Part shown: positions 16,077-25,093 of the stretch, in pieces
Layout of the letters: every line of letters begins with the position of its first letter
How positions within the stretch are numbered: the first letter of the stretch is position 1
Origin: Minisyncoccota bacterium
GTDB lineage: Bacteria; Patescibacteriota; Minisyncoccia; Phycocordibacterales; UBA9973
Assembly: GCA_041657885.1 (NCBI GenBank)
Contig: JBBABB010000003.1
Span: 1 to 56,409 of the forward strand
DNA length: 56,409 nt
Reading direction: 5' to 3'
Notes under the pieces: generated by a model
What the model was told of the DNA's origin: nothing
Database searches by the model: none
What the model saw: the letters and a program-made list of their open reading frames with translations, nothing else
Translations under genes and position numbers: made by a program

Positions 16077-16994
16077 TTATTTCTTATTAAGAATTTCTAT
16101 TGCTTTAGTCAAGAGAGGAATCATATTGTCATACATTTTAAGATTTGGAACCTCTCCAAGTGGGAACCAACGAGCGTCATCTAATCCACCTGTGCCTTTT
16201 TCAAGAATAAGATCTTTATATTCTGATTCTGCTAAAAAGAAAACGACTTGTTTTCTGATTTTTCCTTTTTCTGGATGACAGGCAATATATTCATTACGAC
16301 CAAGTAATTCTTTTATTGTGATATCAAGACCCATTTCTTCTTTAATCTCTCTAATTGCTCCATCTTTTTCATTCTCTCCTTCTTCAATACTTCCCTTTGA
16401 TAGAGTCCAATAACCAAAAACATCGTGGACGAAAGCAAAATATATTTCATCTTTATTATAAGCATAAACAACAGCTCCAGCCTTTTTTTCTATTGGGAAT
16501 TTAGTTGGATCGGTTTCAAAATGTCTGTTCCTTTTCTTACAGACATCATCTTTTCCTGGTTCACCTATTTCTTTATAAACCCCACCTAAAACTCCATTTA
16601 TAAATTTACTTGAATTCTCTCCACCGAAACTTTTTGCAAGTTCAATAGATTCATTGATGGCAACTTTGGGAGGAACTTGAGTTCTATCCCCAAACAACAA
16701 TTCATATAATCCTATCCGAAGAATGTTGCGGTCAACTATTGATATTTTATCTATTGGCCAATCAGGTGCTGCTTTTTCTATAATCTCATCTATTATTGCT
16801 TTTTTCTTTATCACGCCAAGAAACAACTCGGACATAAAATCTGAGTCATCAAGTCCTGGACCAAACTCTTCAATATTGCGGTCAAGCATCTTTTCGGGTA
16901 TCGCATCTTTTGAGACAGCGAAATCCCACTCGAAGAGTGTTTGAAGAACAATTGAACGTGAAAGGTGCCTGTTTGCCATAAGATAATGCGACAC
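16077..16994 (-). CDS. nusB: NusB (transcription antitermination) fused to a C-terminal NUDIX hydrolase domain
   Basis: The N-terminal 140 aa are NusB-like (RSIVLQTLFEWDF, NILRIGLYELLF, AINESIELAKSFGGENSSKFINGVLG). The C-terminal half carries the Nudix box GSIEEGENEKDGAIREIKEEMGLD. The ORF-track start is a GTG at 16994; the ATG at 16979 (MANRHLSR) is an alternative. Confidence 0.8.
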   Translation of the reverse strand: MSHYLMANRHLSRSIVLQTLFEWDFAVSKDAIPEKMLDRNIEEFGPGLDDSDFMSELFLGVIKKKAIIDEIIEKAAPDWPIDKISIVDRNILRIGLYELLFGDRTQVPPKVAINESIELAKSFGGENSSKFINGVLGGVYKEIGEPGKDDVCKKRNRHFETDPTKFPIEKKAGAVVYAYNKDEIYFAFVHDVFGYWTLSKGSIEEGENEKDGAIREIKEEMGLDITIKELLGRNEYIACHPEKGKIRKQVVFFLAESEYKDLILEKGTGGLDDARWFPLGEVPNLKMYDNMIPLLTKAIEILNKK

Positions 16995-16995
16995 T

Positions 16996-17089
16996 AATTT
17001 ACGAATTCATGCGAATTTACGAATAAATTTATGAACCCTATTCGTAAGGATAAGTAACTATTTGTGTAATTCGTATCCATTCGTAATTG
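16996..17089. repeat. Inverted arrays of the TACGAAT / ATTCGTA motif
   Basis: TACGAAT occurs at 17000 and 17018. ATTCGTA occurs at 17040, 17069 and 17079. The two halves are roughly reverse complementary and form a long hairpin between rpmF and nusB. Confidence 0.65.
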
Positions 17090-17098
17090 GCGTCGTGT

Positions 17099-17308
17099 TT
17101 ATTTTTTCTTTTTTGCCTGTTTCTTTTCTACTTTCTTAACCACATCTAGAACTTTGCGTCCATTGTAAAAACCACAATGTTTACAAACTATGTGAGTTTC
17201 TTTTTTCTGCCTACAGTTTGAACATGTAGTAAAAACAAGCGCTTTAAGCGCATGATGTGATCTTCGGTTCCCTGTATGGGAACGCGTATGTCTCATTCGT
17301 ACTACCAT
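17099..17308 (-). CDS. rpmF: 50S ribosomal protein L32
   Basis: MRHTRSHTGNRRSHHAL is followed by the zinc-ribbon cysteines CSNC....CKHCGFYNGRKV. Confidence 0.85.
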   Translation of the reverse strand: MVVRMRHTRSHTGNRRSHHALKALVFTTCSNCRQKKETHIVCKHCGFYNGRKVLDVVKKVEKKQAKKKK

Positions 17309-17394
17309 ATAAGATAGTATACTGATTTTTGTCTAAAATGCAACTCAAAAAACAAAGGTTTGTTCGTATTAATTATTGTGATATTATATGAAGT

Positions 17395-19140
17395 ATGGAA
17401 AACATAGAAAAATTAACGCAATTACGCCATTCCCTTGCTCACTTATTAGGAGCTTCTATATTAGAACTTTATCCAGGGTCCAAGATTACACTAGGCCCAG
17501 CAGTAGATAATGGCTTTTATTATGATGTAGATACTAATGGCAAAATTACTGATAAAGATTTAGAGAAGATAGAATCTAAAATGAAAGAACTCATAAAGAC
17601 ATGGACTACATTTAAGAAGAAAGTCCTCACAAAAGATGAGGCTTTAAAAATGTTTGCTGATAATACATATAAAGAAGAACTCATAAATGGCATCATAGAA
17701 AAAGGAGAAGAAATCACAATTTATACTTCAGGAAAATTCTCTGACCTTTGCCGTGGTGGACACATTGAAAGCATGAAAGAAATTAAAAAAGGCTCTTTTA
17801 AGCTTGACCGAGTCGCTGGAGCTTATTGGCGTGGAGATGAAAAAAATAAAATGCTTACTCGTGTTTATGGACTTGCTTTTGAAACAAAAGAAAAACTTGA
17901 TGCATATATGAAATTAAGAAAAGAAGCAGAAAAAAGAGACCATAAGAAAATTGGGAAAGAATTAGATCTTTTTACTTTTTCAGAATTAGTTGGTTCTGGA
18001 TTACCTCTCTGGACCCCCAAAGGGACACTAATGATAAATCTTCTTGATGAATATGTTTGGGAGCTTAGACAAAAATTTGGTTATGTAAAAGTAGAAATAC
18101 CACACATAACAAAAAAAGATTTATATATAACAAGCGGACATTGGGATAAATTCAAAGATGAACTTTTCCGTATTACAACACGTGAAGGTCATGAATTTGC
18201 GATGAAACCAATGAACTGCCCTCATCATACACAAATTTATGCAAGAAAAGTATGGAGCTATCGAGAACTTCCACAGCGATATGCAAATACAACTATGTGC
18301 TATCGTGACGAGCAATCAGGAGAATTGTCTGGATTATCAAGAGTACGTTCTTTCGCTCAAGATGATGCCCATGTATTTTGTAGAATGCACCAAGTAAAAG
18401 AAGAATTTTTGAAAATTTGGGATATTGTTCATGATTTTTATAAAGTATTTGGTTTTAATCTACAAGTACGACTTTCTACTCATGACCCCAAGCATATGGA
18501 GAAATATTTGGGGGAAGAAAAACAATGGGAAAAGGCAGAAAATATACTTAAGGAAATAATTAAAGAAAAAAAAGTGGAAGCAGTTGATGGCCTTGGCGAA
18601 GCTGCTTTTTATGGTCCTAAACTTGATTTTATGGCCAAAGATTCACTTGGCCGTGAATGGCAAGTGGCTACTATTCAACTTGATATGAACATGCCAGAAA
18701 GATTTGATTTAACTTGCGTAAACGAAAAAGGAGAAAAAGAAAGAATTGTTATGCTTCATGCAGCTATTATGGGTTCAATAGAAAGATTTATTTCTATTTT
18801 AATTGAACATACCGCTGGTAATTTTTCAGTTTGGCTTTCCCCTGTTCAAGTTATAGTTCTACCGATATCAGAACACCAAAAAGATTATGCCGATAGTATT
18901 TACAAAAAATTAAAGGACTTTGGTATAAGAGTAGAATTAGACGATTCAAATGAATCTCTCGGCAAAAAAATCCGCAACGCAAAAATGCAAAAAGTCCCTT
19001 ATATAATTGTTCTTGGTAATAAAGAAAAAGAAAGTAAGACCATCACCATCGAAGGACGAACAGAAAAATTAGAAGGTCTAACTGTAGAAAAATTCTTAGA
19101 AAAATTAGAAAAAGAAATAAAAGAAAGAACCTTGAATTAA
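17395..19140 (+). CDS. thrS: Threonyl-tRNA synthetase lacking the N-terminal TGS domain
   Basis: The protein starts in the editing/SAD domain (LRHSLAHLLG). Class II core motifs are FAMKPMNCPHH, RVRSFAQDDAHVF and GSIERFISILIEH. A C-terminal anticodon-binding domain is present. Confidence 0.9.
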   Translation: MENIEKLTQLRHSLAHLLGASILELYPGSKITLGPAVDNGFYYDVDTNGKITDKDLEKIESKMKELIKTWTTFKKKVLTKDEALKMFADNTYKEELINGIIEKGEEITIYTSGKFSDLCRGGHIESMKEIKKGSFKLDRVAGAYWRGDEKNKMLTRVYGLAFETKEKLDAYMKLRKEAEKRDHKKIGKELDLFTFSELVGSGLPLWTPKGTLMINLLDEYVWELRQKFGYVKVEIPHITKKDLYITSGHWDKFKDELFRITTREGHEFAMKPMNCPHHTQIYARKVWSYRELPQRYANTTMCYRDEQSGELSGLSRVRSFAQDDAHVFCRMHQVKEEFLKIWDIVHDFYKVFGFNLQVRLSTHDPKHMEKYLGEEKQWEKAENILKEIIKEKKVEAVDGLGEAAFYGPKLDFMAKDSLGREWQVATIQLDMNMPERFDLTCVNEKGEKERIVMLHAAIMGSIERFISILIEHTAGNFSVWLSPVQVIVLPISEHQKDYADSIYKKLKDFGIRVELDDSNESLGKKIRNAKMQKVPYIIVLGNKEKESKTITIEGRTEKLEGLTVEKFLEKLEKEIKERTLN

Positions 19141-19142
19141 TT

Positions 19143-19445
19143 ATGAAAAGTTATAATAAATTGGTTAGAGATAATATACCAGAATATTTAGATTCAAAAG
19201 GTATTTCTTATAAAAAAAGAATAGCTAATAAAGAAGAATATAAGGAAGAATTGATTAAAAAATTGGATGAGGAAATAAAAGAATTTATGGAAATAAAAAA
19301 TACAGAAGAATTGGCTGATATTACAGAAGTTATTGAAGCTCTGAAAAAATTACCTGAATTCGCTAATGTTGAAGAAATTAGATTAAAAAAATTTAAAGAA
19401 AAAGGTGGTTTTGAGAAAAAAGTAATCTTAAAAGGAGAAAAATAA
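19143..19445 (+). CDS. MazG-like / PRA-PH-like nucleoside triphosphate pyrophosphohydrolase (small all-alpha)
   Basis: The N-terminal motif YNKLVRDNIPEYL and the EE-rich helices (EEIKEFMEIKNTEELADITEVIEAL) are typical of this family. Confidence 0.6.
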   Translation: MKSYNKLVRDNIPEYLDSKGISYKKRIANKEEYKEELIKKLDEEIKEFMEIKNTEELADITEVIEALKKLPEFANVEEIRLKKFKEKGGFEKKVILKGEK

Positions 19446-19463
19446 TACAAAACAAACTTCATG

Positions 19464-19501
19464 TTTTACATTTAACGAACGGCCGTTTCTTAATTGTAAA
19501 A
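19464..19501. terminator. Palindromic hairpin between convergent genes; member of a two-copy family
   Basis: ttttacatttaacgaacGGCCgtttcttaattgtaaaa has 16 of 19 bp in its arms. The core acatttaacgaa(c/t)ggccgttt is shared with 20066-20125. Confidence 0.6.
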
Positions 19502-19503
19502 TA

Positions 19504-20049
19504 CTACAACTTAAACAATTTTTTAAATTTTAAATCTTTATCAAATGAATCAGTAGTTATATAAATGACTTCATCATTGAAATTAAAATTCGTTTTAATA
19601 ATCGTTATAATCTCTTCACATGGGTAAGGATATATCCACACACTTCCCTGTATTTGCAAGAAACCGATTTTTTTAAGATGAAATCTTATAATATTACGTA
19701 ATTTTGTTTTATCTTCAGGTATATCAAACATCACCATTCTCCATTTACCATCCCATTTTGTAGGTTTTTTAAGTTGTTTGTAATCTCCTAATAAAAGATT
19801 TCTTACAATATTATGACCCTTAGAAGTAATAGTCATTCTTAATTCTCCATACTTATTAACAAACTGAATCAGGCCTTTTTCTTCCATTCTATTTATAGTT
19901 TCAGAATATTGATACTTTTGACGAGCAGTTTTAAAAATATCAGAAAAAGATTCAGAGTATTTTGTGGGTAATTCTCTATCTTTAATATTAAGAATTGTTT
20001 TTAATAATTCTCTCTCAATTGAACCAACTCTATATCCTTTATATCTCAT
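19504..20049 (-). CDS. PaaX-like / Cas2-fold winged-helix protein
   Basis: The C-terminal half WDGKWRMVMFDIPEDKTKLRNIIRFHLKKIGFLQIQGSVWIYPYPC matches the PaaX/Cas2-like motif pattern (WDGxW..V.FDIPE...R......L...GF..LQ.SVW). Confidence 0.6.
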   Translation of the reverse strand: MRYKGYRVGSIERELLKTILNIKDRELPTKYSESFSDIFKTARQKYQYSETINRMEEKGLIQFVNKYGELRMTITSKGHNIVRNLLLGDYKQLKKPTKWDGKWRMVMFDIPEDKTKLRNIIRFHLKKIGFLQIQGSVWIYPYPCEEIITIIKTNFNFNDEVIYITTDSFDKDLKFKKLFKL

Positions 20050-20065
20050 TTCTATATAATATCAC

Positions 20066-20125
20066 AAATTTATAAAAATTACATTTAACGAATGGCCGTT
20101 TGTTAAATGTAATTTTTATAAATTT
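20066..20125. terminator. About 30-bp-arm palindrome downstream of gyrB; second copy of the 19464 hairpin core
   Basis: aaatttataaaaattacatttaacgaatGGCCgtttgttaaatgtaatttttataaattt has 2 mismatches. T-runs lie on both sides. Confidence 0.65.
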
Positions 20126-20130
20126 ATTTT

Positions 20131-22263
20131 TTAGATATCTAGATTTGCCATTTTGGCGTTGGATTGAATGAAAGTTTTGCGAGGTGGAACTTCCGAGCCC
20201 ATAAGCATATCAAAAACTTTATTGGCAATCTCTGCGTCGTGTATTGCAACTTGTTTTAGAACTCGTTTACTTGGGTCCATGGTTGTTTCCCAAAGTTCTT
20301 CGGCGTTCATTTCTCCGAGACCCTTGTATCTTTGAACATGAACTTTATTTGATTGCTTTTTTTCTTCTTCCCTAAACGCTTCAGTAGAAGCGTCGGGCGA
20401 TCCAGCAAAGCTGGATTTAGCTTCTTCTTGAATTGTATCTTCTTCGTTTGCTGACGCGGAAAGTAATTCTTGGAGTGATGCCGCATCCTTTCCGAGTAAC
20501 TTGTCTCTTTCTTCATCTGAATACGCATACATTATCTCTTTACCTCTTTTGATTTTGAAAAGTGGAGGTTGAGCAATGTAAATATAACCAGCATCTAGTA
20601 TTGGGCGGAAATATCTATACATTAAAGTTAAAATAAGTGTGCGAATGTGAGCTCCATCCACATCGGCATCTGTTGCAATAATTATTTTATGATAACGCAT
20701 TTTTTCAAGGTCAAAAGTATCTCCTATTGAAGTCCCCATCGCAATAACCAAATTTTTAATTTGTTCACTCCCGAGCATTCTATCAAGTCGAGCACGTTCT
20801 ACATTCAAAATTTTCCCACGGAGTGGAAGTATGGCTTGAGTTTTTCTATCTCTACCCATCTTGGCTGTACCACCTGCCGAATCCCCTTCCACAATAAATA
20901 GTTCTGCAGAAGATGCATCTCGAACCTGACAATCAGCAAGCTTGCCTGGAAGAGTCATCCCCTCAAGTGCCCCTTTTCGAAGAACGGAATCCTTGGCAGC
21001 TTTAGCTGCTTTACGAGCCCTAAGAGCAAGAAGTGACTTATTTATGATAGATTTTGCTTCATCTGGATTCTCTTCAAGAAATGCAGAAAAAGCATCTCCG
21101 AAGACCGTAGCCACTGCCCCCTGAGCTTCAGTTGACCCAAGTTTAGTTTTGGTTTGTCCTTCAAATTGAATTTCTCGAAGTTTGACCGAAATCACTGCTG
21201 TTAGACCTTCTAAAACATCATCTCCAGTAAATCCACCATCTATTTCTTTAATTAAATTATTTTTTTTGCCATATGCATTTAGAATACGAGTAAGAGCAGT
21301 TTTAAAACCAGTAACATGAGTTCCTCCTTCAACGGTATGTATATTATTTGCAAAAGGTATTATATCAAAGTTAATATCATCCACATATTGAAGAGCTACT
21401 TCTACTCCAACATTATCTAATTCTTTTTCAACATAAAAAACAGTCGGGTGAATTGGTTTTTCAAGTTTATTATAAAATTTCACAAGCGATACAAGCCCTC
21501 CTTCAAAATAAAATGTTGCAGATGGAATTTCAAGTTCAAGTTCCTTGAACCAAAAAATATCATTAAAATCTTTTTTACCTTTTCCTCCTGTTAGTGGGTC
21601 CCATTCACGCGCGTCTAATATATCTATACGCAAACCTTTCACCAAGTATGCTTGCTGACGCAAATGATTGGTAACTGTTTCTAAATCAAATTTAACTTGT
21701 TTAAATATTTCCTCATCGGGTGTAAAAGAAATAATTGTACCGTGGAGTTTAGAAGAACCAATTTTTTTGACAACGGCTTTTCTCTTTCCTTGTTTATATT
21801 CTTGCATATACCTTCCTCCTTCTGTATGTACAATCGCTTGAGTATAAATAGAAAGTGCATTTACAACTGAAGCTCCAACACCGTGAAGCCCTCCTGAGAC
21901 TTTATAGCCACTATTCTCCCCACCAAACTTTCCTCCAGCGTGAAGAGTCGTCATAACTGTTTCTAGCGCAGAAACTTTTGTTTTAGAATGAATTCCAATA
22001 GGAATACCACGCCCATTATCAACAACTCGGACAGAGTTATCAGGTAAAAGAACTACTTCAATGTGGTCACAAAATCCCCCCATCGCTTCATCGAGAGAGT
22101 TATCAAAAATTTCCCAAATCAAATGATGCAATCCATCAATTCCCGTAGACCCAATATACATCCCAGGGCGACGTCTAACTGGCTCAAGACCTTCAAGGAC
22201 TGATATTTGCTCTGCCCCATATTTAACTGTTGATTTAACTTTTTTTTCTTCTTTTTTAGCCAT
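20131..22263 (-). CDS. gyrB: DNA gyrase subunit B
   Basis: LEGLEPVRRRPGMYIGST, GGLHGVGASVVNALS, LPGKLADC, EGDSAGGTAK and IATDADVDGAHIRTL are present. A low-complexity insert sits near the C-terminus. Confidence 0.95.
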   Translation of the reverse strand: MAKKEEKKVKSTVKYGAEQISVLEGLEPVRRRPGMYIGSTGIDGLHHLIWEIFDNSLDEAMGGFCDHIEVVLLPDNSVRVVDNGRGIPIGIHSKTKVSALETVMTTLHAGGKFGGENSGYKVSGGLHGVGASVVNALSIYTQAIVHTEGGRYMQEYKQGKRKAVVKKIGSSKLHGTIISFTPDEEIFKQVKFDLETVTNHLRQQAYLVKGLRIDILDAREWDPLTGGKGKKDFNDIFWFKELELEIPSATFYFEGGLVSLVKFYNKLEKPIHPTVFYVEKELDNVGVEVALQYVDDINFDIIPFANNIHTVEGGTHVTGFKTALTRILNAYGKKNNLIKEIDGGFTGDDVLEGLTAVISVKLREIQFEGQTKTKLGSTEAQGAVATVFGDAFSAFLEENPDEAKSIINKSLLALRARKAAKAAKDSVLRKGALEGMTLPGKLADCQVRDASSAELFIVEGDSAGGTAKMGRDRKTQAILPLRGKILNVERARLDRMLGSEQIKNLVIAMGTSIGDTFDLEKMRYHKIIIATDADVDGAHIRTLILTLMYRYFRPILDAGYIYIAQPPLFKIKRGKEIMYAYSDEERDKLLGKDAASLQELLSASANEEDTIQEEAKSSFAGSPDASTEAFREEEKKQSNKVHVQRYKGLGEMNAEELWETTMDPSKRVLKQVAIHDAEIANKVFDMLMGSEVPPRKTFIQSNAKMANLDI

Positions 22264-22402
22264 CCCATTAGAAAATTAAATAATAATATAATTTAAAATA
22301 CCCATTTATTATGGATAACTTCTTCTTATATTATAACAAAAAAATACCAAAAATCCTAATATTTTTAGTGAATTTAAACCTTATAAATAAAGGATATTTT
22401 CT

Positions 22403-24340
22403 TTATCTAACCTCAAAACCAAGAGATAACACCTTGTTGGTAATATTCGTCATAATTACATTTATTTCTTCATCTGTCAGAGTTCGATCGTCTGCCTGAA
22501 AAACTAAACGATATGCAAAAGAAGTTTTTTCTTTTCCATCGATAATTTTTGTGAAAGAATCAAACAATTTTGGTTCTTTGATTAATAATTCTGTTCCAAA
22601 ACTTTTATAAATCTCAATAAGTTTTTCTGGAGCTGTCCCCTCTGGAACCCAGACCGCAATATCACGCGTAATAAATGGATATAAAGACCACATTTTGAAA
22701 GGTCTTGAGTTAGTGAGTGAATGAGAAGTTTCTTCTGAAGTGCCTTGGGAGGCTGTCGAGCCGAGCACGAGGAATTTTTCAACAGAAAAATATCCGTGCA
22801 CTTCAGAAGAAAGCTTCTCGTTCACGAACTTATCTAAGTTTATCTCTTTAATTTCTTTTTTATCTCCATAAGCAACATGTATTTCTTCTCCATTCTTTGT
22901 AAATATCGTTCCAATTTCAAAAACTTTTATTTCATCCATATCAAGAAGAGGAATATTTAATTGATTCAATTTGATGCTTTCTTTTAAACCATCTGACAAA
23001 TTATTTCTCAAAAACTTTTTATCAGAAGCCGAAGCGAGAACCTCTACCTCTCCTTTATTACGAAAAACATAAGTCATAATTTCAGAATATCCATCTGTTA
23101 AAAGTTTATTACGAACCCAAAGCATTTTATAAAAAATTTCATTTATTAAAGGACGGTCCTTAAGAGAGTTTCCCCAAGGACCGTCCTTAGGTAATTTCTC
23201 TTCAATTCTATTATATCCTAAAATTCTTATTACCTCCTCTACTAAATCATGTGGACCTGTTATATCAATTCTTAAAAATGGAATTTTAATTTCAAATTCT
23301 TTATCTTTTTCTTTATATCCAAAATTTAATTTTTTCCAAACACTTTCAATTTCTTCCTTTGAGAAATTCGAGCCTAGTCGTTTATTTATATAGTTTATTG
23401 AAATAAGAACAATTCTCTGTTCAGTTTTTTGTGGATAAATATCTACTATTTCTTCCATCTCTCCACCAGCCAAAGCATATATCATATCGGTAATGGCATT
23501 CATAACTTTCTCGCAAAGCTCTGGAGTAATTTCATTCTCATACCTTTTTACTGCATCTGTTGATATACCAATTTTCTTGGAAGTTTTTCTGGTAGTAGTC
23601 GGGTTGAAATTTGCAACCTCAATAACTATGTTTTTCGTATCTGAATCAATTTCAGCTTTATCTCCACCTTTAATCCCCGCTATAGCAAGTGGATCACGCT
23701 CGTCTGCAATTATCAAAATTGAATTATCCAAATTTACTTCTTTTTTATCAAGAGTTGTTATTTTTTCACCAATTTTTCCATTTCTGATTATTATTTTACT
23801 ACTTTCCAATTTATCTAAATCAAAACAATGAATTGGTTGCCCTAAATCAAACATAACAAAATTAGCAGCATCAATAATGTTATTTATGGATTTCTGACCT
23901 ATTGTATTTAATTTATTTTTAAGCCAATCTGGACTTTCACCAATTTTTATATTCTTTACTATCCTACCCATATAACGAAGACATTTATTGTTTTGTATTT
24001 CAATTTTAAGTTCTGAATCAATATGGCTTTCTGAATGGTCTGACTCTGTTTTCCTCCCTCGTCTGAGAATCTGAGAAAAGCCATTCGGCGAAGAAATTTC
24101 TAAATCGAAAATCGCTGAAATTTCTTTCGCCACCCCCCAGTGCGAAAGACAATCATGCGCTCTATCTGGTAAAATTTTAATATCAAAAATCCAATCTTCT
24201 TTACTTGTACCAGTCGGACTGGTACATCTATCTAAACTTTCCACTTCAAAAGAATGAAAAATAATCCCTTCGGCAACTTTCTCAGGTTTTGGTAACTTTT
24301 CTTCAAAATAATTTTGTAACCAATTGTAACTTATTTTCAT
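22403..24340 (-). CDS. pheT: Phenylalanyl-tRNA synthetase beta subunit, 645 aa, without the B2 tRNA-binding OB insert
   Basis: MKISYNWLQNYF is the N-terminus. B3/4 is represented by AANFVMFDLGQPIHCFDLDK. The C-terminal FDX-ACB-like end is KTSFAYRLVFQADDRTLTDEE. Confidence 0.9.
   Translation of the reverse strand: MKISYNWLQNYFEEKLPKPEKVAEGIIFHSFEVESLDRCTSPTGTSKEDWIFDIKILPDRAHDCLSHWGVAKEISAIFDLEISSPNGFSQILRRGRKTESDHSESHIDSELKIEIQNNKCLRYMGRIVKNIKIGESPDWLKNKLNTIGQKSINNIIDAANFVMFDLGQPIHCFDLDKLESSKIIIRNGKIGEKITTLDKKEVNLDNSILIIADERDPLAIAGIKGGDKAEIDSDTKNIVIEVANFNPTTTRKTSKKIGISTDAVKRYENEITPELCEKVMNAITDMIYALAGGEMEEIVDIYPQKTEQRIVLISINYINKRLGSNFSKEEIESVWKKLNFGYKEKDKEFEIKIPFLRIDITGPHDLVEEVIRILGYNRIEEKLPKDGPWGNSLKDRPLINEIFYKMLWVRNKLLTDGYSEIMTYVFRNKGEVEVLASASDKKFLRNNLSDGLKESIKLNQLNIPLLDMDEIKVFEIGTIFTKNGEEIHVAYGDKKEIKEINLDKFVNEKLSSEVHGYFSVEKFLVLGSTASQGTSEETSHSLTNSRPFKMWSLYPFITRDIAVWVPEGTAPEKLIEIYKSFGTELLIKEPKLFDSFTKIIDGKEKTSFAYRLVFQADDRTLTDEEINVIMTNITNKVLSLGFEVR
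24206..24226. repeat. Perfect 10-bp-arm palindrome in frame inside pheT
   Basis: TGTACCAGTC g GACTGGTACA encodes CTSPTGTS, at the point where the B2 domain would normally begin. Confidence 0.8.
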
Positions 24341-24341
24341 A

Positions 24342-25049
24342 TTAAAATTGATTAAATCTTAAATCACCCTGATAAGCAGGTCTGATGTCTGGCATTATAT
24401 ATTTAATAACCATTAGCCTCTCAAGCCCTGGGCCAAAAGCCAAACCTTGATATTTACTTCCATCAATCCCGCAATTCTCTAATACTTTAGGATGAACCAT
24501 CCCTGCTCCACCCATTTCAATCCAGTTTCCTTTATATTTTAAATCAAATTCAATTGAAGGTTCAGTAAATGGGAAAAAGCTTGGTCTGAAACGGAGATTA
24601 GTATCTTCGCCAAGCATTTTTTTATAAAAATGAGACAAAATTCCTTTTAGATTTGCCATTGAAATATCCTCTCCAATCATAAGTCCTTCAATCTGATAAA
24701 ATTGCATTTCATGAGTTGCATCTGTAGCTTCGTTACGAAAACATTTACCAATTGAAATAACTGCAAATGGTGGTTTTTTACCAGACCTTGTAAGATTTTC
24801 CATATATCTAATCTGCACATTTGAAGTATGAGTTCTTAATACTTTTCCGTTTTGGCCCTTAATCCAAAAAGTATCTTGCATATCACGGGCTGGGTGATCT
24901 TTCGGCATATTAAGTGCATCAAAATTATGCCATTCATCTTCTAATTCTGGCCCACTAGCAACTTCAAAGCCCAAGTCAGTAAAAATCTTTACTGCATCAT
25001 TTATAACTATTGAAAGCGGATGCTCTTTACCTTTCTGATTCTCTTCCAT
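24342..25049 (-). CDS. pheS: Phenylalanyl-tRNA synthetase alpha subunit, catalytic core only (235 aa)
   Basis: HPARDMQDTFWI, FRNEATDATHEMQFYQIEGL, GAGMVHPKVL and AFGPGLERL are present. The N-terminal coiled-coil arm of about 100 aa seen in E. coli PheS is absent. Confidence 0.9.
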   Translation of the reverse strand: MEENQKGKEHPLSIVINDAVKIFTDLGFEVASGPELEDEWHNFDALNMPKDHPARDMQDTFWIKGQNGKVLRTHTSNVQIRYMENLTRSGKKPPFAVISIGKCFRNEATDATHEMQFYQIEGLMIGEDISMANLKGILSHFYKKMLGEDTNLRFRPSFFPFTEPSIEFDLKYKGNWIEMGGAGMVHPKVLENCGIDGSKYQGLAFGPGLERLMVIKYIMPDIRPAYQGDLRFNQF

Positions 25050-25093
25050 ATATAGAATATAGCATTTTCACGCCTTTTTTCAAATATTTACTT

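Noticed and set aside
20307-20528. Possible intein or mobile insertion in gyrB (the extra segment SASANEEDTIQEEAKSSFAGSPDASTEAFREEEKKQSNKV)
   Set aside because: It is only about 40 aa, acidic and low-complexity. It has no intein splicing motifs (no Cys/Ser...HN-Cys/Ser/Thr) and no repeat-family similarity. It is most likely a lineage-specific linker.
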